Shown here one piece after another: positions 27,345 through 41,218 of a stretch of 64,000 bases of DNA. A program made the position numbers and the translations under genes. Position 1 is the first letter of the stretch; the number at the start of each line of letters is the position of its first letter. Source of the DNA: the human T2T-CHM13v2.0 reference genome, Homo sapiens; the NCBI GenBank assembly GCA_009914755.4, contig CP068257.2, forward strand, positions 19,424,001-19,488,000, read 5' to 3'. The notes beneath the pieces are model-generated. The model was not told the origin of the DNA and did no database searches. It saw nothing but the letters and a program-made list of their open reading frames with translations.

Positions 27345-30300
27345 GAAGAGACATCCACATTCTTAGGTACTGTTTTTCAGGCTTCAGGGATCATAGGTTT
27401 ACAATTTTGGTATTTAGCTAAATTATGTCAATCATTTTTTTTAGTTGTTTTTTGTTTGTTCTGTTTTTGTTTTTAGCAAATCTGGCCATACTTCCACTGA
27501 ATACAAGGATTACTTCGGAGAAGTTATACTTTGTAAGAAAATAGATTCTGTGTTTGAAAATATGATTAAAAAATTACCCCAATAGAAATATTTGGGAACA
27601 GTTATTGCTAGTAAATAAAACTGCCTTTAAAATTATTTTTATTATTGAAAAATTTCATCGAAAAGAATTTTGCTGTTCTCAAAGTTATGATGCAATTTAA
27701 AGTATAAGTGATTATTTTGGCCCAAAACCTATGAGAATTTTCTCTCCCTAATATGTCTATACCATCTGCTGGCTATTAGTGGCAATCAAACCCACAATAC
27801 AAAAAATCAAATTTTAAAAAACCACACTTTTTTCCTGTTAGTTCCCTGAGCTCTGTCACTACAAATATTGATGTGGCAAGGCTGAATATTTCTCTGAACA
27901 TCTATTTCAAATTGAAACTAAATGCCTGTGCCAGAATGACTTTATCTGGGATTTGAGCCTGTGTGTGCCTGACATCTAAAGCAACTGCTCTCTGCTTTCT
28001 CTTCTGTTTTCTCTATGTTTATATGGTTCAGTGATTGTGCCACCTGCCCCTCCTTCATTGCATCCTGCACTGAGATCTACCATGACTCTTTACCAAGTGC
28101 ATTTAAGGTGTCTGGCCACGTGTTTCTGAAAATCAGCTACCGATGTATGAATGGTAAAAAACATGATAATATTATTTCTTCTGAGTTTATACGTATATGG
28201 CTTGTGTGCATGGAACAGCAATTCCTGGTTTAAAAATGGCCACTCTATTTACTTATTTTATCCAAGAGACCATATCGTAAAAGCAGGGAATACAAACTCA
28301 AAAGCCAACGAACACCAACACAGTCACCCAGCCACACCAACAACAAATAGGTAGGGATGCAAGGACTGGGGGTGGGAAATGGAAACCACAACTACCCTGC
28401 AACGACTTTCTACTCAAAGCATGGACCTAGGACCTGTAGCATCGGCAGCAACTGGACATTGATGGAAATGCAGAATCTCAGGCCCCACCCCAGAATCACT
28501 GAATCAGAATCAGCCTTTCACAATCTTCCTAGTAATGTGTGTGCACATTCAAGGTTAAGAAGCACTGCTTTTCTCTTATCTATTGTTGTCAGATATGCTG
28601 ACTTTTTAAAATATTAAAAATATGCAGGTTTTTAATGGAGAAGGTCTTAATTTTAAAAACATTGTCTAATTCAGCTTTTTTTTAAATACTTTCTGGGAAC
28701 ACTAAAACATACTGAAAATGTCAATAGGCCTAGGGGCCCATTAGTTTTAAAAATCTGCATGTCAAAGAGTGAATATGAATATGGACAGTTTTATTCTTGT
28801 TATTTTCTGGGAATAGTGACATCTAAACAAAACTCTTGATGATAAAAAAGCAAGCATTGCCATCAGTAGATATATCTTACTTCCTTTTCAAGAAATATCC
28901 CTTGCCTATTTTAGCTATAATGCTGCCTGCCTTCACCACTCTGCCCCCAGTGTGTATATCTATACAGCAGCTAGAGTGTCTCATTTAAAACTTAAGTTGA
29001 AACGATTCGTTTCTCCAGTGGCTTCTCTCTTTCCTACTCAGGAATAAAAGCCAGTACCTTACAAGCTATTTGAGAGCACCTCACTTAGTTGTTCTTTTGG
29101 AAATGTATGTCCAGCCACCCCTGCAAGCTTGCAATTGCTTCAACCCTCTAGACAAACTCTGCCTCAGTATTCTCGCCTCAGATATGTGCCAGGCTTGCTG
29201 TCTTACCTATCCCAATCTGTTTCTCAAATGTCATTTTAAGAATCTGAGCTTCCCTGATGAAAACCATAAATCAATAGACCACAACCCCACCCCTAAATTC
29301 TCCTCATTAATGCTTTTCTTCAGAGCATTCACTACCATTGGATGTCTGTAAGTTATTTCACTGATTTATTTGTTTACTTGAAGTCTTTTGCCACCAGAAT
29401 GTTAGTTATTTGAAAGAAGAGACCTCTGGTCTCTTGTTCATGTTGTTTCCCCAATCTGAGTTCGATGCTTGGCACATACATAATTGGTTCTCAATACTGT
29501 GTGTTGCATGAATGAATGATATCCAAGCTTAAAAACTACATGACACTGCTCACTGAGGTTTTTGTTTGTTTTTATTAGTAGTACATAATTGAAGGTGATT
29601 TTATTATGTAATTATATAGTTCTGCTGTAGCTTATTATTACAGTCTTTTTTTATTTTATGCATTAGATACACAACCTACTTCTGGGTTATTTATTTTTCT
29701 GCCATCTTGGAAATTTTTCATCCCTATTGCTCACGTCCAAATGTGCCTGTAGCAAATCTTTTTTTCAATTTTTTTAATTGACACACAAAAATTGTCGATG
29801 TTCATTAAAGTACATAGTGATTTTTTAATACATATGTATTAGTATGTTTTCACGATGCTGATAAGACAAACCCAAGACTGGGCAATTCACAAAAAAGGTT
29901 TAATTGGAATTACAGTTCCATGTGGCTGGGAAGGCCTCAGAATCATGGCAGAAGGCAAGGAGGAGCAAGGCCTGTCTTACATGGATAAGGATTACATGGA
30001 TCCTTTACTGAGGATAACAAATATGATTCCAGGTTCTACTCAGTTATTAATCTAAGAAAGAGATTTGAAACTGTACAATACTTTCAAGTATACTAATTAG
30101 CCTCATAATTACCTGAAACCAAAATAGAGCAATCATATATCTTAAAATATAGAATGTAATTTATTCCTGTAATTAAGTTTCAATATTAGAAAATAGTTTT
30201 TTTAAAAAATACTCTTCCTTTGACTTTTTTTAAATAAAATGCTGTGAAAATGTTCACAGCGACATCTTGAAAGCTAATATTCATTTTTGTACTCTACATT

Positions 30301-33300
30301 AAGTAGGGGCTCGGTTTTAGATACCTCTGTTTTTAGTACTTAAAAGAGGGCCTGACAAAGTTGGTGCTTAATAAATATTTGAAAATAAACAAATGAATGA
30401 ATCAATGAGTGAATTTCTGTTAGAAATATTTATTTGTGTATGGAATGGATAGACCTTGTACAAAGTTCTCCGTGATACATGAAGAAATTGCCTGTGATCA
30501 CAAGGGTCTGTTTATTGAAATGAAATAGGTGAATGGTTGGAACTCTTGACTAAGAGTTACTTAAAATATACTCTCCTCAGCTTTGTTAAACAGTTTTATG
30601 TGGTAGATACAAAACTTCAAAGGGAGGAAAACTCTGAAATATCATTAATCTACTCTAATGATTTATGAATTTAAGTAGACTTCTTATAATATTTTCATTT
30701 GGGTGGAGTATAAATTTAAATACTAAAAATAATTATGCATATTTATTTTATCTTTATATAATACAAATTCTATGGCTAGTTTAGAAGAATTTACTGAATG
30801 AATAATATTATTAATTTTATCTGTCAGTTATACACATGAATATTTATTAGCATGAATAATTATTTTTATTTTAAACAATGGTGACTCATAGAAACTACCT
30901 GCTTTGATACTAGTAGAAGCCACACAAGTGAGTTACATTTTTCTGAATACTAATATTATGTCAACTGAATATCAAATTGTTGACAAAATATTTCTAAGTG
31001 GAAAACAAAATATGAAGACAAAGGAGTGAAATACGCTAGAAAATCTAGGACAAGAACTTGAGTGTCTTGATTCCTAGCTCAGACATATATATAAATGTGA
31101 TACATAATTACATACCGTAGACGTGTTTCAAAGATGTTGAAATGCTACATAGCTCAATTAGTATATAATATAAAATAATAATGTATTTATATCTCTTTTA
31201 TAAATATTTTTCTGTGAATGTCATTTGTTAAGCAAAATTTTATTAATAATTATACAAAATATTAGAACAAAGCTAACAATGTAAGTTTTCAAATGTTCTA
31301 CAGAATTTTTGCAACAATGAGTGGAATATCAGTAACCTGACATTGCCTGAGTCTTTTTAAATTTTCTCATGAGCTTCATAACTTCGTCAAACCCAAAGAG
31401 ATCAGTAAATATAGGGATCAGAGGAAGATCAAGAAGACAATTTGTTATGTCCCGGTAAATTATTTAATAAGAATAATAAATTGGGTCAAGGTTTGAATAA
31501 GGTGATGCTTAAGAACAGGCAAAGGATGTGAATGACAGGAAGGCAGACAGAGAGTCTGCCAACTGTCTCCTGTGTGGAGACGTCTTTTGTCTCTTCACCC
31601 TTTTCTGCCTCCTGGAAATAGACTACCTCTTCTTCAGGGAACTGTCCCTTTATCTTGTCTCATTAGGGATCCCAGTTACAGATGCTATTGGACATTGTCA
31701 TTAATCCAAGAGCGAGCATGTGCAATTCACTGCCATCCTCAAACCTCTCGTCTTCTAACATTTATGTCTGTGAACAGCGAGTCCATTCATCCGTTGTCCA
31801 AATTGACATCTTGGCATTATCCTTGACATCACCTACTCAAAAAATGTATTAACAAATCAGGCAGATTTGACCTGTTAAAGAAAATTGTCTTTGGTTACCA
31901 TTCACTATTTTTCCATCTTTAAAACTTGCATCACAGGGTAAGCCACCATGCTGTAGTAACCTTGTAACTGTCCACATCCATTCTAGAATTGCAGGTGTGA
32001 TTATACCAGATTTTTTCTGCTTAAAAAAATAGTGACTTCTCATTAGTCTTGGGGTGAAGTCATAAGCATCTTAATGTAACAGTAATTCCCTTGATGTTCT
32101 TTGTCTGCAGTGCCTCATTTCTGCCTCCAAACCCAGCAGCATCTTTCTCTTTGTTACTGACATTGGAGTCTAGGCTCTAAATTACTGCCCTTTTTTCCAG
32201 TCCTTTAGTTTTTTCATTTGTGCTTCTTTGCCTAGAATGCTCACACTTTCCTTCTTTTGTTTACATTTTATCTAAAGTGTAATTTTCTCAAGGAAACATT
32301 TTCCTCAAGTAAATTTCTCTGAGTGGGTCAAATGCCTCTTTTCTAAGAATTCTCGTCAAATTGGTAATTGCAAATTTATATTTATTTTGTTTCCAGGGAT
32401 ATGTTCATGTCCATGAGAGGAGATCCAGTGTCTCATTTTGACACAAATTGTGTACTTAATCTTGATTATATATTTGATACACTCGATGCTAGGGAACTGC
32501 AGTTGAATACCAGGCTGTACATGCTGAATATTGAAAAAAATCAGAACTTGAAAATTAAAATTTGTTGATGAATGAAAACAAAATTCAAATGTTTGTCAGT
32601 CTTATATACACAAATATCCATTGGAAATGAAAGAGAAATCAAATTGTTTGAAAGACATGCAAACAACATAGAAAATACATTATCAACTGGATAGTTCAAG
32701 AAGGAAATGTACCAGGAAAAAGATGGAAATAGTATGCCCTAAAACATCCTTCAAAAAAGGTGATATAAGGACAGTTAATCTTTGAGCATTTTTGGTTACC
32801 TAAAAGCTAAACAATATACTCAGACATTGAGTATAATAATAGTTTATCTAGAAGATAAACTATTTATCTAGTTTAAACTATGATTTATCTTCTAGATAAA
32901 CTGTTATTTAGAATTGCATGTGTAATTCAATAAATTGAAATTTTACTGGAGTAAAGCATTTAATGTGATTTTATGAATTTCAGTTATGTCAACATTTCTA
33001 AATACGTTCTCAGAATAAATGTATGTAGTGTTTTGAACTGTAAAAATCATGTATATTTACAGGGATAACTTTCTGCAAGGATTTTAGACATGACATTATA
33101 GGAAGGCTTACATAACGATGTAAGTGGGTCATATTTAAAGACTTAATACTCAAAAGGTAGATTACCTATGAAGATTTAAGAAAATTTGAATTAAACATTT
33201 CTAATTGAAAAAATTCCATGGGGACATTAATCACAATCAGTGCATAATGAAGAATATTGGTATATATTAAAAGCATAATTGTTGACTTTTAAAAGAGTTT

Positions 33301-33782
33301 TAAGTTCCTCTGAACATTGATGTTCACTAAACTGGAGTTAATTAGTTAGCTTTCTCTATATATAGATTAGTTAATAGTTGATTAGTCAAGTATTATAAAT
33401 ATTCCCAGAAGTGGTGCTGCTGTCTTACAGTGTCTTCAAGAAATGTGAAGTCAAGTCAGGTTATGGCTTATGTTTTTAAGTAGTAAATTATGTATCAGTT
33501 CTAAAATAGAGTTCAGCTTAATTGTTAAATAGTATAAATCAGCAAATTGATTCCTTCAATGCATATGTGCTCCAGTTTAATTTTCATTTGTGGACACATT
33601 TTCAACGCAAATCACAGGTGACCTTAATCCAAGGAAGAAATCCAAGGAAAAAATTTATACACATACATACCAGAGACTGTTGATAATAAAACTGAAGTGC
33701 TAGTGTAATTGATTATTGATTATGGTAAATGTATGTAATATTGTAAAAGTGATTTAAAGTTACATCTTGATCTGTCATCTTT

Positions 33783-33820
33783 CTGTCTATCTATCTAGCT
33801 AGCTACCTATCTTTCTATCT
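33783..33820. repeat. Degenerate (TCTA)n-like tetranucleotide repeat
   Basis: The sequence is ctgtctatctatctagctagctacctatctttctatct. Confidence 0.7.
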
Positions 33821-35083
33821 AAAGACACAGATAATTTTACCTTTTTAAAAAAAAAAGCAGGAAAAAACATCTTGGAGGAATACAGATGAACTGCATGTCC
33901 AAAAAGTAAGTATGGAGGAAAAATAAGTAAGTGAGGCTAAATAAGTTCTTTAAGGAAGAAAAGATGATAAGATACTTTAAATATATGCTTATTTTTATAA
34001 GGAATAAAGATATTGAATACCTCAGAAAAAATAACTAGAAGCAAGGACCTGTGAATATAATAAAAACAGTAAATTCGGAAAATACTGAGTATTTGATTAT
34101 CACCTATTTTGGAAAAATTGCATATCAACTTTTACTTTCATATTTCTCAGAACTACTAGCTTTCATGAAGTGTCTTTCAGTGAGCTGTGTTTTATTTATC
34201 TCCCTTTATATTATGAATCTAGCCCAGTACCTGATGCAGAGGAACCGTTAAGGGTTGGCTGTTGAATATTACTATATGTATCATTTTAAGTGAATTGCGA
34301 ATGAGAGATAAGAAAGAAGAAACTATTGAGTCAGATATGTATCAAAAGTAATAAGAACAGAACATCTGTTTATGAGAAACAGGAAAGACCTCAATTACCC
34401 TATGGGACTATCCATGGAGAGCCTTCATTTATTTTGTCTTTGTCTTTCAGAAAACCTCTTAACTATTATTGTTAATTTCAATTAATACTTCGGATAATGC
34501 CACACATTCTTGTGAGCAAGGGTAACCTTGCTAGGTTCTTCCAGTTTTCTTTATTTTGGAAAAGATAAGTTGTTGACTTTAAATGCTATATATATATTTT
34601 TTTAATTTCCAAAGTGCTTTATTTGCATATGTGAATTTATTACATTTTCACTAGATATTAACGATCTCTGAAAGTGCATACAGACAGCCCTCACTTTGCA
34701 CAGTAGTGGATTGTTAAAGTGGCAGTGCAAATTAAAACTGTGTAAACAAATCATTTGAAAACTTACAATTGTTCTGTGACATTTAAAATTCGTATCAAAG
34801 CATTAAAACATTTATTCCTCTTAGAAATGTGTAGAAAGATAAAAAACAAATATGTATTTAATACTCTAAAACATTAGAAATATTGAGAATTAAAATGTTT
34901 TTTTCTCTGTAAAATTCTTATCAATAATAGTTGAAGTAGTGTTTTCCTTCTCCTAGTATCATTTATTATTGGTACCACAAGCAAGAATCTTTTCTATGCC
35001 TTGTTCGATGGTTATGTATCTTTCTAAGTTTGGATCAGCTTCCAACATTTTATTCTTTACTCTTTTAATATCATGGAATATCT

Positions 35084-35227
35084 GCAAGCGTTTATTTAAT
35101 GTTTTTGTGTGTGTGTGTGTTGGTGTTACTTCATCTGGAATGTTTACGTCTTTATTTGCAAGTGTTTATTTAATGTTTAGTTTTTTTGTTGGCGTTACTT
35201 CATCTGGAATGTCTATATCTTTATTTG
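35084..35227 (+). repeat. ~73-bp tandem duplication (2 copies) with an internal (GT)n
   Basis: Copy 1 is gcaagcgtttatttaatgtttttgtgtgtgtgtgtgttggtgttacttcatctggaatgtttacgtctttattt. Copy 2 is gcaagtgtttatttaatgtttagtttttttgttggcgttacttcatctggaatgtctatatctttattt. Confidence 0.9.
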
Positions 35228-38200
35228 TTACAACCGGATTTCTCATTTATGCCAATGTCAGCCTTAACCAATTTTCTCTGACTTTCTATCTTAAAGCCTC
35301 TGTAATGGAGACAGTGTCAACATCCCTAAGCCAGTTATTTCTTCCATAACTCCATTTACCTTTGATTTCAATTTCACTTACAGCATCATCATTTTAGTTT
35401 CTCCCTTGAACTTTTATTTTTGTCGGCCAATTCCTTCTTTCATTATACGTTTTTGGTAAACATCACGTGGGTTTTTCACTGGGAAACAAAGAGGTAAGGC
35501 AACCACAGGCTTTCCCTTCTGCACGTGAATTGAATACATGCTCAGCAGCCAATCAAAAACAGACTATGAAGAAGTGAGGTGATTGGTCATCGGTCATGAT
35601 AAGCATCTGTTATTTACATAATAATCCATGTGCTGAAGAGTTAGCAGTGAAGTTTATACTTTATGCCAGTATAGTCAATATACCATAGTAACTGAAAGTT
35701 GAAATGTGTTATGGGAAGCAGGTATTATTTCACTAAACAGTGGAAACGAGTTTCATGCATTTTAGAACTGCAAAATTGAGGACTGTTTTTATTATTGGTT
35801 ATGGATATTGGTCATTTTATTATATGTGGACAAATGTAAAACTACATATTTTTTTAACAGAGATACATTTTTTATATGCTTACTATTTTAAATATAGACT
35901 TGCTATATTTTATAACTGCATAAAAATTTCAATAAATGGTCCTATTTACACTGCACAAACTTGTATACATAACAGATATCTGCTGAATGAGCAGAAAAAA
36001 CAAGCTGGCTGTTTCAGATCCACCAAGGCTGTTTTGTGCAAGAAAGTGTCTGCAGCTTTGTAGGTCCAGAAACACTGTTACATCAGGACACTCATTGTTT
36101 ACCAGACCTTCTGAGATTGTTTTATTCTAATCAAAAGAGCAAGAAAGCAATTGATAAGCTGGATAAAAATTTTGAATTGACAATCACAAATATAACCCAG
36201 AATTGAACAAACGTTCTGTGGTTGGTTTATAGGACATGCTTTCCCAAATAGGAACCCCAGTTCTGTCTTCAGCTGATGATTTGAAGGGCTTGAATCAAGA
36301 GTAAAAATGTGAGTAAATGTTCCTATTTAATAGCTCTCTTGAGAGGAACTATGCTTAATACCTTAAAGCCCATATTCTAAGGTAATACATCCCAATGATA
36401 GCCATTAGCCATATCTATATGATATGACCTGATAGCATGAACTATCAAGCACTTGAAATTTGGCTAGTTGCAATTGATATGTAACTGCTGGATTTCGAAG
36501 AGTACTACGAAAAAGCAAAAAGCTAATGTAAAAGCTTCAATAATTTTTTCTTGAGCATATGCTGGAATTATATTACTCAGATATATTGGTCTAAATACAT
36601 ATATTATTAAAATTAATTTCATATATATATTTTTACTTTTAAAAATATGGCTACAGAAAACTTAAAATTGCATATGTGGCTCACATTGTGTTATCAGGCA
36701 GCATTGCTTTACGGCCCATAATGCCTTTGTTCAAATCCTAACTTCACAATTTATTTACTCTACAATGGACCTGGTACTTAACCTCTCTGTTTCTATAAAG
36801 CAATAATTTATAGTAATAATAATGTATTATCAATAATATAGAAATTAATTTAAATCAGTTAATAATAACTATTAAGCACGTACATACATTGACAGTTGAG
36901 CACTGTCAGTTATTATTGAGTATTGATTAGTACAGGAAATGTGCTAAACATATTCTTTCTGTGAAACTTTTTTTGCATATTTTGTTCTCTAATAACTAGC
37001 TTCATTTGCTCTTTCTAGACATATTGCTATATGATTGGGTCAGATTACGCCTTCTTTACATCAGCCAAATCAAAGCTTGTTTTCATAAGAATACACACAG
37101 GACTGTTTGAAAGTGTTGAAACACAGCCCACTTTCATCACCAACATGTCTAGACTTCAACATGAACGAGTTTATGCACAATATTTTTTGTTTACTTCTAT
37201 ACATGACTAATCTTATCCATTGTGTATGTGTATAAGTGTGTAAGTGCATACAAGCATATGTTTTAATTGTTTCTTTCATTATTAGAGGATGGCCTTTTTG
37301 TGACTAAAGAAAGGAAACTTTTTCTTAGCCAACTAAGAAGTGATTAAACTATCTTATTATCTAGTATCAAAAATAATGTAGAATTTACATTAAATATAAT
37401 ATTAAATTACAATATGTAAATATTAAATGTAATTTTATATATAAGAATTTAGGTTTAATACAAGTATGTGATTCTAAACTTTCTATTGCATTGCCAATCA
37501 CAGGTGTTCTATAAATCATTACAGGTTTATCAACTGAAAGTTCTAAATTTTAGATCTATTTTAAAAATAAATTTTAGTATAGGAAATAGTTTCTAAATAT
37601 GGTTGTATTAACTAGACTTCTGTTAATAGACTACATTCATTTATGCTTTATGTTAGTACCTCTCTGTTAAATATCTTGAGAAATCAATTCTTTTAGACAT
37701 TGTAATATTATTTTGCATTTCTTTGGCATAAGTGATGAGCTGTGTATCAATATTTCCTTTTGGGGCTTTATTTAATGTGCATTCATCATCCTACAACTAG
37801 AAAATAATTATCATTCAAAATACCAGTTTCTCTGTAGACTATAATGTTTCTATATAGTTATTATTCTCCAAGTCAGGGTTTATAATATAGTCTGAACAAT
37901 ATATTGTTTCATATGTAGCCATACTAATTTTTCTGTATTGTCATTGAGAACACAGATTGTCCCAGCTTTTATCTCATTATATATTTTTTCTGTTTGAAAT
38001 ATTTTCATCCTGATGTTATTGCTGTCTCTTCTACAAATACTCTGCTCTCCTAATTCATTTTAGTTCCATCGCATGGTATTTAATTTACCTATTAATACTG
38101 TGTCATGGGTCCTCATCCAAAGCTTTTCTAAAGTCTAACTAGACTTTATGAATTGAATTTGAATTATTTTGGCAGTAATAACTTCAAAGCATTGTAATAG

Positions 38201-40852
38201 GTTTGTTAAGCATGACCTCCCCTGCCTGAATTCATGCTGGCTATAATTAATCAAGTTATGCTTTACCAGGTGCGCATTTGCCATGCTCCTAAATATGTTT
38301 CCATGAGTGAAATTCTACAGTGGATGTTAACGTTTGTCACTCCTGATTCATCTTCTGCTGTTCATTTTATAACACATTCTGTGGTTTAAGTATTCATTTA
38401 ATGAGCTAATAATATTTCACTTAGTAATAGGAGAATATATTATTTATTCCAGTTGAAGTTACTACTTATTGTAACTGAAATTCCCCAAAAGATTTGATCT
38501 TAACTATATCCTTAAACTCTAAATTATTATAATGAAAAAATAGGACAATAATTATTGCAAAGTATAGTGTTTTTCCAGCATTCAAAAGCCCATTTCGTTT
38601 TTTTCAAATTTCTTTTTATTTTTCATCATTTAACAGAAATGAAGGACATTTAAAGCACATTAAAAGACAAAGGAAATGGCAGCTTCTGTAGTAACATTTA
38701 TCTAAATGATGAAGTATCATAATCAATCACAGAAAGATCATACTTTGTCCTTAGATTCTGCATTGGAGTCTACAGATAATGGAGAATTATTACAGTTGTA
38801 GCAAATCTTAAGATGTACTTAATTTTACAAGTTAAGAAAATAAAATTTAAGTTATTTATAATCTGCTAGAAAAAAGGCACTATGACATATGAAATTGATA
38901 TTTTGTATTGTTATATATGATTATTATTTAGCTTTGTGACAGAAACTACTAAGAGCACAGAAAATAATATCCCATTTTGTTGTGAAATTTAAATCAAATT
39001 CAAAATATTTTTTCTGTTGAAAACTGTATTATTTTCCAGGTGCAAATGATGGAATAAAAAATGTGTAGCCTTAGAAATAAAAAAAAGTACAAATATATTT
39101 CTGAGGCTAAGTTTATTCAAATTGGAATTCTTACTAGTAATTTATTTCATTTTCATAAAGATTAATTAACTCGATTTTGTATAATTAATGAATAATGATA
39201 TTTACAACATGAATTTTTTTCCCCATGACAATGCTGAAATCTTCAGTGTTCTTTGATTTCTTAGCTATTTTCAGGAGGGAATGAGTATTTTATTAATTGA
39301 ATGCATGATTAGGCATTACTCAGTAGATATTTTAATAGATAAAATATTTTGTCTATTTGCCTCACACAAACATGCATTACACAGACATTCAGATAATAAT
39401 AGTTACGTTGTAATTTATACTAATATATACTCATGTTTTTACATTTCTCAGAATTGTGACACTTTTAAATCTAAATTTGTTAAAATGACAAGGCAGTGTT
39501 AAATCACTGTAGGTTTTTCTTATTATTATGGCGAAATACAATGAAAAGAATTTAGCTAGTCGAATATCTCTTTCAGATAGGCACATCTGAGAATTTAGTT
39601 TTATGAAGTTGAATGTACTACACATATATATGGAATTTACTTTTACAAAATTGAAGGTACACATATTATATAGTTTTAAACTATTGTTAGTTAATTATTA
39701 TTGGATGAATACATTTATTTCATTTTGATATTTGGGGCTTTGATGTTTCAGAAGTTAACCTTTGGAAACCTAATATTTATAAAAATGTGCCTTGGTATTA
39801 CTATGTAAACCCAAATTTAAAGATATATAATGTCAAAATTTTAATGTCACTGTATCTCTCAACTGTAAAAGCCTATTAGACCTTTTTTCTGTATCTTCAT
39901 AATAGAATAGTTTTGTTACGTGATGCAGTTTTTGTGTGAATCTTCAGAGAATCACTTTTATTATTCTTACTGAAACCTCATATTATATTAAACATATCCA
40001 AATACATTCCAGAAGGAACACAGTTAATTCTTGAATTTTTTATGGTATGTCAGGTAGTGGACTAAACACTTCATGCATATCATATTTAGTGTTCACATCT
40101 TCTCTATTAGGGAGGTATTATCCCCATTTTATAGACAAGTAAACTGAGGCTCAATATATTAAGCAGTGAAATTAGTTTGACTTAATTCTAAAGCTGAAGT
40201 ATTTTCTAAGATGTGCGTGGCAATGTGAAGGCCTGTTCTTCATAACTTTATCTGAATGTTTATTAACTGTACTAGTATGATATGTGAAGATGGACAAAAA
40301 AAGATGCATTTTTTAAGTACATATCCTGATGGCAGCAATTTTTTTTAAAAAATTCAGTTTTGTTCAGAGTCAAGGTGTCATGCAGGCCACAATTTTCAGC
40401 AAGCAATTGCCAAAGCCTGATAAAGGGAAATTTTCCTGCCTGAAATGGCCAGGCACGCGATGAGATTGGGATGAGTTTTGGTGAAAGCACTTATAAAAAG
40501 CTAAGAATCAAATGAGGAAACCAAGTCCAGGTGATATGACCATCAGTGGATTAATTTATTCACTTGTGTGTCAGTGGACCTCTGTTAATGAGCTAGTGTC
40601 CTTCAAAGTGTTAGACATTATCCACGGGTCCAAAGTGGGTGAAAAAATAAAATGAAACAAAATGAATGAGTCAGTAAGTGAAAAAGGCAAAACAAAGGAT
40701 CAATAATCAGTTTTAGAACATAGAAAAGTAGATGCTGGATCATGCCTTAAATGGTACTGAGGTTTATACATTTTGCCTTTACTGATTATTGGTTTTGGTG
40801 TCACCTGGCTCAGGCAAGCTACACTAAAGGTACAAATAAATGAGATGGGCTT

Positions 40853-41218
40853 TGTATTAGTTCATTCTCACGCTGCTATAAAGAACTGCCTGAGACTAGG
40901 TAATTTATAAGGAAGAGAGGTTTAATTGGCTCACAGTTCTGCATGACTGGGGAGACCTCAGGAAAAATACAATCATGATGGAAGGCCCCTCTTCACAGGG
41001 CAGCAAGAGAGAGAAGTGCTAAGCAAAGGGTGGAGGGAAGCTCCTTATAAAACCATCAGATCTGGTGAAAACTCACTCACTATCATGAGAACAGCATGAG
41101 GGTAACAGACCCCATAATTCAATTACCTCTCACAGGCTCCCTTCCATGACATGTGGGGATTGTGGGAGCTACCTTTCAAGATGAGATTTGGGTGGGGACG
41201 CAGCCAAACCTTATATCA
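40853..41218 (-). mobile_element. MaLR solo LTR, THE1/MST family, antisense
   Basis: It starts tgtattagttcattctcacgctgctataaagaactgcctgagactaggtaatttataaggaagagaggtttaattggctcacagttctgcatgactggggagacctcagg. It ends ...ccccataattcaattacctctcacaggctcccttccatgacatgtggggattgtgggagctacctttcaagatgagatttgggtggggacgcagccaaaccttatatca. This is the reverse complement of the THE1 consensus TGATATGGTTTGGCTGTGTCCCCACCCAAATCTCATCTTGAATTGTAGCTCCCATAATTCCCACGTGTTGTGGGAGGGACC...GTCTTTATTAGCAGTGTGAGAACGGACTAATACA. Confidence 0.8.

Noticed and set aside
28420-28560. '…ctcaggccccaccccagaatcactgaatcagaatcagcctttcacaatcttcc…gcacattcaaggttaagaagcactg', which resembles a common ancient interspersed repeat motif
   Set aside because: It is probably a fragment of an old repeat family, but I cannot assign the family confidently by eye, so it is not listed as a feature.
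34969-35349. 126-aa ORF on the + strand
   Set aside because: It runs straight through the 73-bp tandem duplication and a (GT)n tract, and the repeated peptide segment reflects the DNA duplication. It has no coding signature.
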